From NCBI RefSeq assembly GCF_000150275.1, contig NW_002060944.1:4964123-5028122 (forward strand): DNA of 64,000 bases. The letters run 5' to 3'. The notes under the pieces were generated by a model. The model made no database searches. It was given only the letters and a program-made list of their open reading frames with translations, and was not told the origin of the DNA. How positions within the stretch are numbered: the first letter of the stretch is position 1; the number at the start of each line of letters is the position of its first letter. The stretch comes from Trichoplax adhaerens. Its lineage: Eukaryota; Animalia; Placozoa. Made by a program: the position numbers and the translations under genes. Below are positions 39,898 to 54,800 of the stretch, in pieces.

Positions 39898-42800
39898 TTA
39901 TATAGATAGTCCGCTGTTAAACGTTGTTACTAATAATAATCTGAATAACTGTAAAATAAGGTAGAATGTTGCTATGCAGATTATAGCTGTCAATGCTACG
40001 AAGAGTATTCAAGTAGGCAACTTTAGCTTATTCAGTACTTCTGTCTAAAAGTCTTTCTAGTAATTGTATCCAGATAGAATAGAGCTTAGCGTAGATTAAT
40101 TATCTTTGCGTAAAGATCTAATAATTTTCTACAAATTTTGAAATTTCTTAATCGGTTTTATCACATGTCCTAACTTGCAATATCAAATAGATCACTTACA
40201 TTCCCTTGTATGAAAGCGGTTCCCACACCTGTTGTCGTGTCAGTTACTGAGGAAGAAAAAGATATGACCATTACATTCTATTTACATGGCTTTTTAGTAG
40301 ATTGCTCGTGTATTTATAATCTCGATAATACTAATACTAATCGAATCATTTTATTTCACTACGATAAATTAGTACATATCCAAGAAGCGTAAGTAAATGA
40401 AGTTTAAGGCCAAACAAATCGCCTAAATCTTCACTTGTACGGTAGTACTTTAGACAGGAACAAATCTATTCAAAGTGCGTTATTATAGCTTACTTGCTGA
40501 ACGAATTTTGATGACGATTATAATAAATATCCGAGTAGAAAAGAAAGCAAATTTTAGTAATACTGTACATAAGGCTTGCAATCTTATATAACTAGTAGTT
40601 CCGTCGACAAATTTAAATTTTAAGCAGTTAATAATCCAATAAATAATAGATCAATAAGAAAATTTTCAGTTTTTGAAATTAAGGAATACAAATTTTATCG
40701 ACATAAACGTTATTTCTAGTTACACTTACCTGCTGTAATATTTTCAACATTAGGACGTTATCGGAAAAGGAAAAAAAATCATAACGAATGTTAGATTAAG
40801 GAATATTCTATAATTTACTTTTGACTGGTCAACGTCGGACCTTTTCAATACTGTATTAAGTGCATAATATGATTCAACTCACTATCTCTGTTGTAACATT
40901 GTGTGCTTTCATTGGCGCTTTTCCTTTCATAGGGGGTTGTCCTTTCATAGGTGTTGGGCTTCGTCCAACTGAGGGTGATAAACGAAAGCAAAATTAATTA
41001 GTTCCATATTGAAAAACTGGTTTACACAATTACCTTTAGAGTATAAATTGAAAGATTTATTAATATGAGTTTTGTGTAATATTTATGACCATTCCGACTC
41101 GAGTTTGTAATATGATGATATAATTATATTATTCCCTATGATATAGAAGGTACCGGTACTGAAGCCATTCGTCTTTATATTATTACAACTAATTGCTAGA
41201 ATAGCTATTGCCGGTAATTGCAGTATAATAGTTTTGATAGTCAGTACCTTTAGGTTATTGTCACATAACATACAAAACAACTATCACAATTGAATTTAGC
41301 TAGCAATGTTTTTGTATACTGCTGATATGCAGATATTACACAGTGGTATCCTACGATGTAGTCACCGTTAATCTTATAAATCAAGACAAATTGTAATCCT
41401 CTAGAAAACTACTATAATCCCAAATAATCTGTAGAGAAAACTTATTGATGAAAACAAGAGCGCAAAGCATAGCATAAATATCAATATTTACCCGCTATTG
41501 TGCAATAAGGTTGCAGTAGCCATGAAAAGAGTGAAGAATAACATAATTAGTAATTCCTTATTGCAAAATGATAAAATTTTTTCCGATATGTTATATAACT
41601 AATTCTAATCTATAAGTATTTAATATTTGATGATAGCAATGATATCACTGATCAATTACAAATATATCAAGTGCAAAGCATCATCTATTAATACTAACGT
41701 AACCATCGATATATTTAATTGGTGCATGTTCTACGATTACATCATCAATATCGCATTTAACTTTGATGATCTAAATATATAATTGCATTACTAGTCCACG
41801 GCATTTGATTAAATTGATGCTTTCTACGAATAGGTTAGGGGTAGTAATGTAATGAATTACTCAAATATGCAGTGTCTTTATACATGCATATTAGTGATCT
41901 CATTTAACTAGTTACATTATGAGTACTCACAATCTGGGTTCCAGGAATTGAAATTTATTTGAGTGATGATTTGAAATTAGAAAATTTAACAACTTGTAAG
42001 AATGAGACTTTACGTTTCCAAGACTTAACGTAACATTAAGACTGCTACTATACATTGCTGTTGCTGGTACATGTTATTACATGATTACTAGGTACTTTAT
42101 TCAGCTAGTAATAGTAACAAAGTATACCATAAACGCATAGCCTATGTTACTTACTTCCTATATTATTGTAAATTCGCAGTGCGATAAAATTATCGACAAA
42201 AACCAATTCCAAGGTCGTCCGAAAATCACCATGTGAGGGGAAAAAATTGGGAGTATGTCATAAAAGTATTATAACAACTATGAAATCTATGCTACTATGC
42301 TAGCTATTGAGATAACAGAGTATGATCATTATATTAGAGTAGGCATGAAATTATAAAAATAAAATCGCAAATAACTTTAACATCGTTTCACAGCTGTGCC
42401 TATTTGACGTACGATTAAGTAAAATTAAGACTAACAATTATGGAATTAAGTTCAAGATTACTACCTTACTAATGTCATAGTCACTCATGAAATGATTTAT
42501 CCTACTAAGGTTATACAATACTGTACCATTACGCGTATTTCTCGATGGGCGCCGAGATAAATACAGTAGATAGATTTTAATCGTGTATTGTTGATGGTAA
42601 TACCTTCATACAATACAGCAGTCTCTACACTACTATAAATAAGATTACCATTCATTGCCGAATGATTACTTATACTATTCCGTATGTAAAAGATATTATC
42701 TAAATCAAAATAGTTATTGACATAGATTATGTAAGAGATATCATTACTACTTTGTATTAACTGAAAATTTACAACCGCTTTCATTTCTTGATATATTATC

Positions 42801-45800
42801 CAGCGACATTACAACGAAGAAATATAATCGTTATTTTTTAAGTGACTAGACATCTACGTTACTTACCGGCTGCCATATCGTCGAAGGATGCGTGAAGTAA
42901 TTAGCGAGAACGGATAAAAATTTAATACAACCAGTACTAACAGTTAGCAACAATTTGCTATAAAAGCACAAACATAGAACTACTATATGTAAATCTACAT
43001 AAGTACTGCCGTTAAATATTCTAAGCACTCATAAACTGCAGTATATAGACTATCCTAAATAGTATGCTTGTTTTTATAAATAACCTAATTCTCATTGGCG
43101 AACTATTGCTATCATTACCAAATTTAAAATTAACTTGATTGGTATTATCATGTACGTAATGCTGTACATAACTATCTACATAATACTTGAACATTATCAC
43201 TATATTGGTCGTGGCTATAGCATAAGATTTAGAATGCAACGCTCCAACCATCTATAATAACTGTAGCATTTTAATAAGTCAAATGACCGACTTTCTTTTA
43301 CACTCTGATATCAAAAAGTCGAATACTGTATACTTTTTACTAAACTCAGGCAAATACAATGTACTATGCAAGACCTAGTATAACTTCTTTACTAGATGCA
43401 TCATAACGATTATCACGTACAATTTTACAACCATTTTACTTACCACCTTTAATTAGCATTCATTCATGTTTAATTATCGAAACAGATAAATATAAAAATG
43501 ATGAAAGAAGCAATTTTTAGTATACAAATACAACAATCATTTGACTAATAATGACATATTAAGATTGACATATTTCAACCACTAACTCTATTCTAACGTA
43601 GACAACCAATTTGCTATTAACATATCTAATACAAATTTGCCTTTAGGTTATAATAATAACTTTGCATACTCCACGAAATTAAATAAAATAGTAAATCTTA
43701 AGACTGATCACATTTGTAATAATAGTAGATAAATCAGCTTACTTACTTTCTAGATTTTATTCGATAAGCACATACGAGGATTGAGAATTAATATGGAAGA
43801 AAATGAGTTAAACCGACAAAATCAGAATACAAAAGCTTCCTTATATTGAAAGAACTGAATAATTCACTCTTAAGTAAATAATGTCGTCTAACATATATAT
43901 ATATAATTTGTAGTAGTATCCTGACCAAAATTGGTGTAAAATTTTCTATTATACTTACGCCCTATATCGTACGTCAAAAGCCAAATACATTTAGATTTGA
44001 GGAATGCGGAATATGCAAATGCAAAATTTCCAGTTATTTAGTACAAAGTAAGTAAGCTATTATCCTTTATTTTTTACAGGTATATCGCCATATAATATTG
44101 CTGTTATAGTAAATATTCCGTCAAAATTTACTCATTATCAATTAATAGAATTTTTAAATTAATGTTATGTAACATTCATTTTTATTACAAACGCTATAGT
44201 TCAGTAAAAAAAAGTGCTGTAATACTATAGTCTACTGTAGATTAATTCATTGGATATATACGTACCATCTATCGGTTTTATTCGCAACAGAGCCGAGAAA
44301 GTTGAAAGAAAACAATAGAAAACAAGATTGTAACCATTACTTCAATTTTGAGATTCACTGCAGAGCAGTGGTATGTAAAGATTTATACAGTCACTAATTT
44401 ATAGCAATCGCTAGCCATCGTAAGAGTACTTTATAAAGAATAGTTAATCGAAATGGAATTAAAAATTAAATCCTTTAAAGCTTTAATTATTTGCTACATC
44501 ATATAAGTGTCATCTGCGCATATATCCGATTAAACTATAACAAAAAATTCAAAATATTTTTTCGGTAGCTGTAAGTTAGCTTGAACAGTCATAAACGTTT
44601 TCAAACTTACAATCTATTGGTAGATTGATCGTGTAATTTTCACGGCAGGATTGGAGAAAGAGTGTAACGAAAGTATAAATCAAAAATAGGCGAAGTGGTT
44701 AGGATATGAATATAACTCCTTCTCGGGTCACACAACCTCCTCTTATGGTATCTAATTTGCTAATAATATTTCAGCTCAGACAATATAGTATTTAATGGAT
44801 AGTTACAGTATATCATATTATACCACTCCGCTGGCGTATTGTTCACATAATACATCAAAATTTATTATTTCCAACACTAATGACACGAAGCTGACAAAAA
44901 TAAAGACTACATGTGGCATGTAAGAGATGACCTTGCGTAGATTTACGAGAGACAATTTATAACCAATCTCACTAAACACATCTCTAGTGCTACGTTATCG
45001 TAACATGATAATTCGTATGTATAGGTAGGTGTTACGAAGCCTCTGAGTCATTTCATGTAAGACGATTCTATCAACCATGCTCTACCAATGTAGGCTAGAT
45101 TATATTCCATTATTAAGATCGATCCTTCGATGACTATTCTACCTACTTTCTATAAAATATCATTTAATAAAAAATCAGTAACAATTAGTACTATCAAAAC
45201 TAATAAAACAATAACTTTAAACGAGATTAGGGTGAAGTTCTAGTACCTGTATATAATAACTATCAAGGACTTCTAAAAGTCCTCTTGAACTTATATACAG
45301 TATGACATAGTACACACTGTGATATGTAAATGTACATAATATGCAATGATGAAAACTGCCTAAATATCAATTTTTTACTTTAATGAACAAAAGCTTCAAT
45401 AATCTACCACTGATAACGTATATTCTGTCAACGTCAATATAAGCTTACTTCCTAAAGAATTGCGTCCAATGCCACCACGATTGCAATATTGCAATATTAC
45501 GAAAATAAGAGCTCAAGATCAGTATACATTACTTAGGCCATAACATTGAAAATTGTAAATACAATAAATTTACTATTACGAACTTTGTACAACAATACAA
45601 TCAAAGTGATTTTGTAGCTACAGAAGCTTCATTTTATATTGATTTGCCTTAATTATGTTAATTAAAAAAGACATAATGAATCTGAAGTGTCTATTACACA
45701 AGATTACAGCATAGCTAGTCAGATATAGATTGACTGCTAATATCCTTTCAACCAGTCATCAAACTATAGTTTTTGGCTATATAAATTATATAATATTTCG

Positions 45801-48800
45801 AAAGAATAACAGTAAATCATATAGTAATTAATTACTTACTTCCTAGAATTTCCAAAGGTGACGTTATTTATTAAAAGGGAATAAAAAAAGCATTCTGTTA
45901 GCTTGTATAGCAGTTAACGGATAAATCTTAAATAAGAATAGAATTACATATAATTTTGCAATCCTATCTAGATTAAGTTTGCTTATTACAGTATGCTATG
46001 CATCATAAAACAATAAAAATAAATCATAAATTACAATATTTTACAAAAGAGGTATTAGACGTCTATTATACAGTATTTAATCGTACAAGTACATTACAAG
46101 GTATCGCAGGAAGAAGTATAGAGGTTAATCAAATTGATGTTACGTATCCCATTGCAGATCTATTCTTTGTGAATTACTGCATTTCATCACATATCATATC
46201 CCTCCGCATATTTATTCATAAATACACTATGCATACAGTATATCGTATTCACTTTCATAGATAAAATCTACTTACTTGCTGTTATGATTGCCCAAATTTA
46301 AAGGTAAGTAAACGGTTGATGTATAATTTATTGCAGAGACAGACACACAAAATAAAGTTAGGAATGTCAGTACAATACTTTTACATTAAATTATACCACA
46401 TCCGTGAAAATCTTTGCCCAAAAAATCAAATTTAGAATTCATTATAACTTACTCGCTAAATTTTCATATTCCATTAGTGATCAGAATTTCATAAAGGTAA
46501 AGGAAAGATAATAAAATCTTATCGTCAATATCAGTATTTATCAGCGATTGTACCACATAGTTTCAAGCGATTAACATAACACTATATTAACGATGATATC
46601 CACTTCAGGCGTTCAACTAGGCAACATATTACTTTCTACCAATGCAATAATGCTACGGTAGATCCTTTATGACGTACTATTATTAAATATACAGTATAAT
46701 ATTGACTTAATAACAAATTTCAACAAGAAGATTCGTTAATCATTCGTGATATTAAATAATATCCAGAATCACTTTATGTGCCCAGTGAAGTATTATCGCT
46801 CCACTTACAATATCGTATAAAGATTGTGACTGCAAGTCTAACCTAGTGATACTTAAACTTAAACATGTCGTTTAATGCTATGTATAAACTAAAGAGAAGT
46901 ATGCTAAAGATAGTCATCGTAGAGATGTAACGCAAAGCATTCACATGATCAACGATAGTACTTACGCACTATTTCCCACAATCCAATGTTTCAATTTGCG
47001 AAATAAAAGTAAAACAGAAATTAGTTAAAAATTATATTAATTACTCAAGAACCTGTAACACTTTAAAGCTAATTAATTTAATTATAAGTCCTTCCTTTAG
47101 CACAAATACTGTAAACTTTCTATAATTATAATGTACTGTACTATATCCTGACCAAACTAATATAAATGTACGTACATGCAATTTTTTAATGCTATATTAA
47201 ATTATAGACTACTTGATATTAAGGCGTTGGACAATACTGATTGTTATGAAGGTAAAGCTTCGGCCTAGATCTTATGTACGTAATACTAGAATTTTTGCAG
47301 TAATATCTAGTTAATCAAGCAACTCGACGTGCCATCTTTGTAAGCCTAGACATGGCTAATCACTCTACAATGGGTATATACTGGATAAAAATGACTACCT
47401 ACAAGTAATGCCATTTTAAAATATACTGTATTAAGAAGGGAGTTAAAATTAGCAGCACTAGGGTAACTTTTTCCTATTGATATCTGCCTTATAAAGTTCA
47501 AAATAGCTATTAATAAGTCTATGTACTTACTTCCTGCATAGTTTGCATCAATAGGCGAGCATGACCGGTTACCAAAGAGGTAATATAAGGATTTACAATT
47601 AGATTTATAAATCTTAAGATCAATTAATCTAAGTACTCAACGTAAAATATCTGAACGCAATGTAACTAAATTTTAAATCTTGAAATAATATAATTTCTTA
47701 AAGCTAGTAGAGCAAATTAAAGTAACGGAAATGCACTGTAAACATTAAAATGAAACTAAACCCTCCTAAAAGAATATAGTACGGTATTAATTGTAAGCTA
47801 GTATTCATCGCGTTTTCTGCAGGTATTTATAATTTCATGTTTCGGAAAGCTTCATGTATGTATTTACAGTATATTATAAATAAAAAAATTGTCTCATACT
47901 ATTTTCGTATTTTTAACAGTTTTTTGACAAAAATTTGAAAATTTAGAATGCAATATAAAGATTTAGCAATACTAAACTTACGGTCTAAATTTTTTATTAC
48001 GTATCCGAAGCCATTACAGTTGGGCGTCATTATAACGAAATATAATTAAAAGATAGAATTGATCAGTTTAAGTAGCATCGTCTCAAATAAATAGCCTTTT
48101 ATTGAGCTAATGTCGAAGAATCTAGCGCTAGCTATGCCATATACAGCAAAAGGAAATTTTTATTGTCCTTTATAAACTAATGCTGTAATAAAAACATATT
48201 TATTTCCTTTCGTAATAAGTGATATTACTAAGCTGATTTTAAAGGCATTATGCCTACTTAATGAAAATCTCTTATAATCCTCTAAATACGAGAAATGTAT
48301 TTCTATTATGAGTCACTGGTAATTTGAAAGCTTCAGCAGCTTTTCACATTTAATCTCTATTATTAAAATAATAATTTTAATAATCGTAGATCTAGTTTCT
48401 TTCGATTATAATTTGTGGGTTTTATATAATCATATAAAATTAATACAGTTCTGATTTTCTTCTATATTCACAGGGAAGTGAGACATGTTTTGGGCACTAT
48501 ATAATTAACATTCGAACTTACTTGCTATAGGATTTCAATTTCATTGATATTAATCCGAAATAAAAGAGATGCCGAAGAGTAAAGTATACGAACAAAAATA
48601 ACAAAAATTGATTAGAAAAATTTTAAATTTAAAAAGCACCAACGGAATATTATGTTCAGTATGTATAGTTGTTAGAAAGAAATGATAATTTCGATAATTA
48701 TAGGCCTTTTTTGTATCTAATTTATGCTATATGCATGATGCTTTTCAATTAATTGCGGTCAAAAAGAGAAATCTCCGAGAAGCATTAAACTTTCAGAGAG

Positions 48801-51800
48801 TTATAAAATATCAGATTAACTATAGCTGAAGAACGATATAGTACAACTAAAATTATATCAGAGTCCTAACTTTTGAACATTACGACAGTGTAATTTACGA
48901 TCAAGCAACTAAATATCCGAAATTATTAATATAATAAAATGCCTTATAGGATGCTATTCTACAACTTTTTTTTATGGGAATTTTCAAGATTTTTTTACGT
49001 GAAATAATTCATACGTTACTTACCGACTGTAAAATCATTTTCAATTTCATGATTAGCCATCAGATATTACAGTATCATAAAAAATTCAAAGATATCCAAA
49101 ACTATTAGAGCTAATTTATCAGCATACAAGCAATTTTGTTGCATTTAATGTAGATAAATCAAACTATATAACCATAATGGAAATAAAGATAAGGATAGTA
49201 CTGTAATCAGTAGCAGAATAATACAAGATTCTAGCCACTATATTCAGTAATTGATACTTACCAGCTAATAAATATATAATTGTTGAAGGCACCAAGGTTA
49301 AATGAAAGAAAACATTACGCAAGGAATGGTTAGAAACAACAATAGGAAAAATTCTCAGAATTATTTTAATGAATTATCAAATACAACATAATATTAGTTT
49401 GCGATAGTGCTACTTACAGTCTATTGCAATCACGGTTGTACAACGCAGTATAGCATGTTGACGAAAAATAGACAATTAAAAACTAATCTACTTAAATAGC
49501 TTCCAAAAACTTTCATATAGGCCGAATATTAAATTACTAAACATAATTAACTATTTTACTTAAATCTCGTTCTACACAATACAGTATACAACGATTTGGT
49601 AAAGCTTAGATTAAAAAATCATCAGTTAATTTAAACAAGATGTTTCTTTTATAATAATGATATTAAATTGATACTAATTACTGACCTCCTAGTTTATTGC
49701 CGTATCCGATCATAAGACATACAAGTGAACAAATTAGAACAGAAATAAAAAAACGAATAGGTAAATTTTATCCTGAACCAGACTATATTAAATGCTCATC
49801 TACAATCTATCGCCGATAAGTAACAGAATTACATTTAGCAGGCTATATCTTAAATAATAATCTACGCTTAATATGATCATAAACATCATAATAAAAATGC
49901 CGACTATCAGTATGATCTCTACGAAAGCAGGGTAGAGCAATATAATAAAAAGAAATAAATACTAACCGGCTATAAAGATCACAGAACCGTCCGAGATTCC
50001 ATAAAACGAGATGTGATGAAAAGATAGATGCACATTTTCATTAGCTTCTGAGACGTTTAAATTTTTTTAAATATCAACGCAGAAAGATCTCTATAGGTAC
50101 TATATTCCTTTTAAAATGTCCCACTCAAACTGTTATCAGTACATGAAACTGGAAACTACTACACCTTTAACCTAAGAATATTTACTTAAAATTTGAAAGA
50201 TGTCAATATCAATCTGAAATTTTATGAAGCTTAAGTATGCGCAGATAATAATACAACTACTATCAGATAGAACGTTTTTTTCCACATTTTAAATATTATC
50301 CGTAAAATAACGTAATATTTCAAGGTTGATTTAAAGACATGCGAGCAGTTTCATGACCACTAATTAATATAGTGTAATTTACCGAACTATTGAAGTTTGA
50401 ATCGTTAATAACCATAATTAGTATATACTTAATTATAAAACTAATATTTTACGGCATATTCAGATTGCAACGTAATTCGGATATCATTAATACTGTACTT
50501 ACAGGCTATTGGTTGCCAGTACAGATCCAGTAGGTAAGTAAAGGATGAGAACATAGATAAAAGTCAGTTTCAATATAAGTACCGCTGTATATCGAAAACA
50601 ATTTTGCATGACATATAGAGTATTTACTAGGTATTTCAACAACTATCTAAAGTTATATTAAATTGATACTGTCATAAAAATTAATTGCTAATAATTCAAA
50701 TTACTTACCGTCGATGAGTCCTGGCACTAATACTGTTTGAGTTGATAGCAAAGATCATAATGGAATCCAAGTATTAAACAGATATAATACAACTCACATT
50801 ATAAAGGACAGCCTTTAATAAATCGATCTTATTCAATCTCTCAATCGACTTACAGTATATCTATCCTATATCGTCAATAAGTAAAATTGTAAATAATTAG
50901 TAATAAGCTGAAAGCGCATATCCTCTTTAGTATACTGGGGATTAAGATAATTAAAAATATCAAAAAGATTTCAGTTTAACTTACAAATCATCGATACTAT
51001 GTTATGAACCAGAAAATTGTGAAGCAAGATCCGTAAAAGTTAGTATTTTCAGATTGAACGTAAAATCTCTGTATAAATTCCTAGGCTTACCTATCATCGA
51101 TCCTAAAATAGATACAAAAGTAGTTAAGAATTAGTTAAGAATTGGTACTACAAAATATAAAATTTGCGGCTAAGTTGCCGTAAAAATCAACGGGTCATTG
51201 CCAACAGGTGGTAACTATCCGTATTGGTATTACTAAAGATTTTCCTCTGTGGTTGTAAACTTAGTACTTGTTAAATACTCCGTATACTTTAGTTTATATG
51301 TTAAGATTGTACTTACTGATACTATCAAAAGTACCTTAAATGTATATGCGCAGTTTGTAGCATTATAGGTTTACAGCTTACAATAAATAGCGATTTTAGC
51401 TCACTAAGATGTGCGCATGAATCATAAACTTGTAGTAAACTTATAAATCATCTATTAGGCTAATATTTTATTTGTATCCATACTTACGGCATGGAAATCC
51501 TGTTGTGTTTGGTCGTTAAAAGAATACACGAAAGCCAGTATTCATATTAGAAATTTTGCGTAATATCACTCGTAAATATATAACATCTACAACGAATATT
51601 CCGACTTACGGTAAGTCCAATCTACGAAATAGTTATTTAGGGTGTAGAGGGAAGATGTAATAATCATAAGTTCGTTTCTAGTCATTGAAATCTATCAGGC
51701 CGTACAATATCGCATTAACTTACGGAACTTCAACCCTAGTAACGATAACAGAAAGCGTACAATTATTTATTGTTGAAATGACCGTTATGTAATTGCAAAA

Positions 51801-54800
51801 TTATTGCTTATACCAATCTGGTACTATTTTAGCAATTACATACTTAAGGTAAAACGATTTAATGAATGTAACAAATAGTTTTACAGCTAAATATGCGATA
51901 ATTATAAAATAAAAATATTAGACATCCCTGAGCTGCTTAACTTATGAAAATGACTATGATAAATTATAAATATTTAGACATGAATTTAAATCTTAATGTG
52001 AAGTATTTCAATTCTATGATGACAACGTTATAGAAAGGTGCAATTATTTGGTATTCAGCCACAAATTATAATTTTTATAATAAAGCGCGATAAATTAACT
52101 ACGACGTATTTTATATTAAAATATTTCGTATACTAACGGTGCTTCGTCAATAAACATCTCGCTGATGTTTTCAGGAATCCAAAATAATCAGAAAGATATA
52201 TAAGCCATTACATAAACTGAGACCAGTAATCGCGGTATTAAGTTAATTTTCAACTTACGATAATTCCACTCTGCGAGATATTAATAATGAAGAACTAATT
52301 ATTTGCAAACATAGCAGCTCGATTCGTACTGAAAGTCATTGGAATGTTATTTCTTAACTTACGGTGCTCCGATCCTAATGACAATATTAGAAATTTAGAG
52401 TTAATTTGTATATAGAAATAACCATATAGCAGAGCAATCTTAAAAATATATCAATTCTATTACCACAGTATCTACATTTACAGGCTATATATAAGCTATA
52501 ATAACGTGTAGAATATAAGATTTGGAATAACTTACGATGCTTGCAAACTAAACGCAGAGCAATTAGTACCACAAATTGCAGAAATAAGATGACATAATTT
52601 TCATTAGTAATCAAGTAGCTTTAATTTCTTAGGTTTACTTTCAAATAATTGGCTTACTAGGCTGCGATCCTATCAGCAAAAACAACAAATAAATAATTAC
52701 ATTTGAAGAACTTGCAAATTTACCTTACTTTAATTACTAACAAAGTCAAGTAGTTACTATTCCTTATTAAAAACTTACGCTTCATCCATCCTAATAGGTT
52801 AGACCAAAAAACGGAACCATTTTAAAAATGACACATACCATTAGTGAATACGATTATCTATTTCCTAGCTGTTATTGTCTTCTATTATTCCAAAAATACC
52901 AAGCACTACTTACGTTGTATTAACCCTACCAGTACAACGTCGAAAGAATTCAATTACAACTTAGAACTACTCCGATCTTAGCAATATGCAATGAAGATAA
53001 AACAAATTTAAATCTTACGTCTCTTTCTCTCTGGAGTTCAATTAATAAGAATGGAAGAAATTGAAAAGTATTACCAATAAATTTTGTAAATGGAAACCCA
53101 TTGATAAGGGGGCTACAGGTATACGTAGATTCTATCTTAACTTACGTATTATTAACCCTAAATAAGCAATCAATTTAGAAGTCAATTTTTTTTGACTTGA
53201 GATCATAGAAGGCTTACAGCAGTTAGCAAACAGTTTAAACCTATAGCAGTTCAACTTACGGTGCTGTCGCTCTAAAATTGGGCGATTAAAGGAGCAAAAA
53301 TAAGATTTAAAATAATGTTGAAGATGTTACTAATCATTGCTTGCAAATAAGAGGAAGTCGGTCTATATTAATCATTAACTCACGGATCTTCAATCCTAAA
53401 TATAATAACGACTACCATTAATAAATTAAAAAATATCTTAATAAATCCTAAGATAGCTACGAATTGATAACATATCAGCTCAATGCAATAATAATAACTA
53501 AAATGTAAATCTCTTTGTAAAATATTCATTCTACGTTATTGATATCACTGTAGTCAGTCCATAAATGATTACAGAGCACTGTTGTATTCTCGTCTGTCTA
53601 GTGTCATACTGATATGTGGAAAAAATCTAGTAAGCACGAGACACGATCACAAAAGTGAAAACTTACATGGTGCTGAGAAATTAGTATCCACGATGAATAG
53701 TATTCCAATTAGTGATAAGAATTAAAGGATAGCAGGTAGTATTAAAGCAGAGAAGACATAAATTAACTTCTAGGACAATTTAAGGTTATAATTTGGAATA
53801 TATCCAACTGCAAATAGTTGTAGATAAAGCGATCAAATTTGCTAACTAGAAATAATGACAAGCTAGTTTTTGCCTAGCCATGTAGTAACACTATTGTAAT
53901 AATAATTGTAATAATAATCGATCTTAACATAAATAAAATTATGCAAGTAGTAATACCGTAATAGCTACGTTTAAGGAATTCCACATCATACTATTGCAAC
54001 ATAACTGAAGCAAAGCTAACAAGACAGAAATACTATCTGAGAAATAGCAACTTACGAAGTTCCATTCCTTCATATTTTATTGTTTCGGGCATGAAGTCAA
54101 GAAATTGAGAATTAAATTAGTGATCAAATTTCATTTTTACTACTACTGCATTTTCTAAAATAAAGCCACTATTTGCTATTAGATAGATCTTATGGTCAGC
54201 TTAAACTGACACTTGAAATATATCAAATATTTATTTAATTTGTAACCAATACGTTTAAATCTACTATTAGGTTTCTCCAGCCCAGCACTAATTGCAGCAG
54301 TTATTATAATTAAAAATTAGCTCATAATAAAAGCCCTATCTAACAACTATTTCAGAACCGTCATTTCAAGTTTACAACCACAAATTGCCTAGCTAATTGC
54401 AATCATTATAGGTGCGAGAAAGCAAAAGCTATTTTATTCATAATTTAAAATTATAAATAATTAGAAATCTGCTACAGTATACAGCTTCATCAAACCTAGT
54501 GCTAAGAACTGATTCCAATATTGCATATCATCGTAAAGCAAAAGCTAATTATTTTTTATGTATGTTTCAAAATTGGTCACTTAAGATAATGGGTGCAGCA
54601 GTATAGCTTTGACTTTTGAATTTTATGTCTATCAAAGTATCGCTTGTAACAAGAATACTAACTTTGATGTCTCCACTTCAAAGAAATGATGACTTCAAGG
54701 AAGAGACGCCAGCGGGAATGCATCCAATTGTAGTATTGTGAAGGAATGAATTAATAACCAGAGTAATTTTGGCATATTTATAAAGATAATCATAATTGAA

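Noticed and set aside
51317-51334. 18-nt or 5-nt exon at the strong donor 51311
   Set aside because: The 18-nt form has an in-frame TGA and the 5-nt form breaks the frame, so it is excluded from the model.
41083-52614. Short ORFs in the track (e.g. 41083, 42497, 43021, 45998, 52387)
   Set aside because: AT-rich I/L/Y-biased chance ORFs lying within introns of the micro-exon gene.
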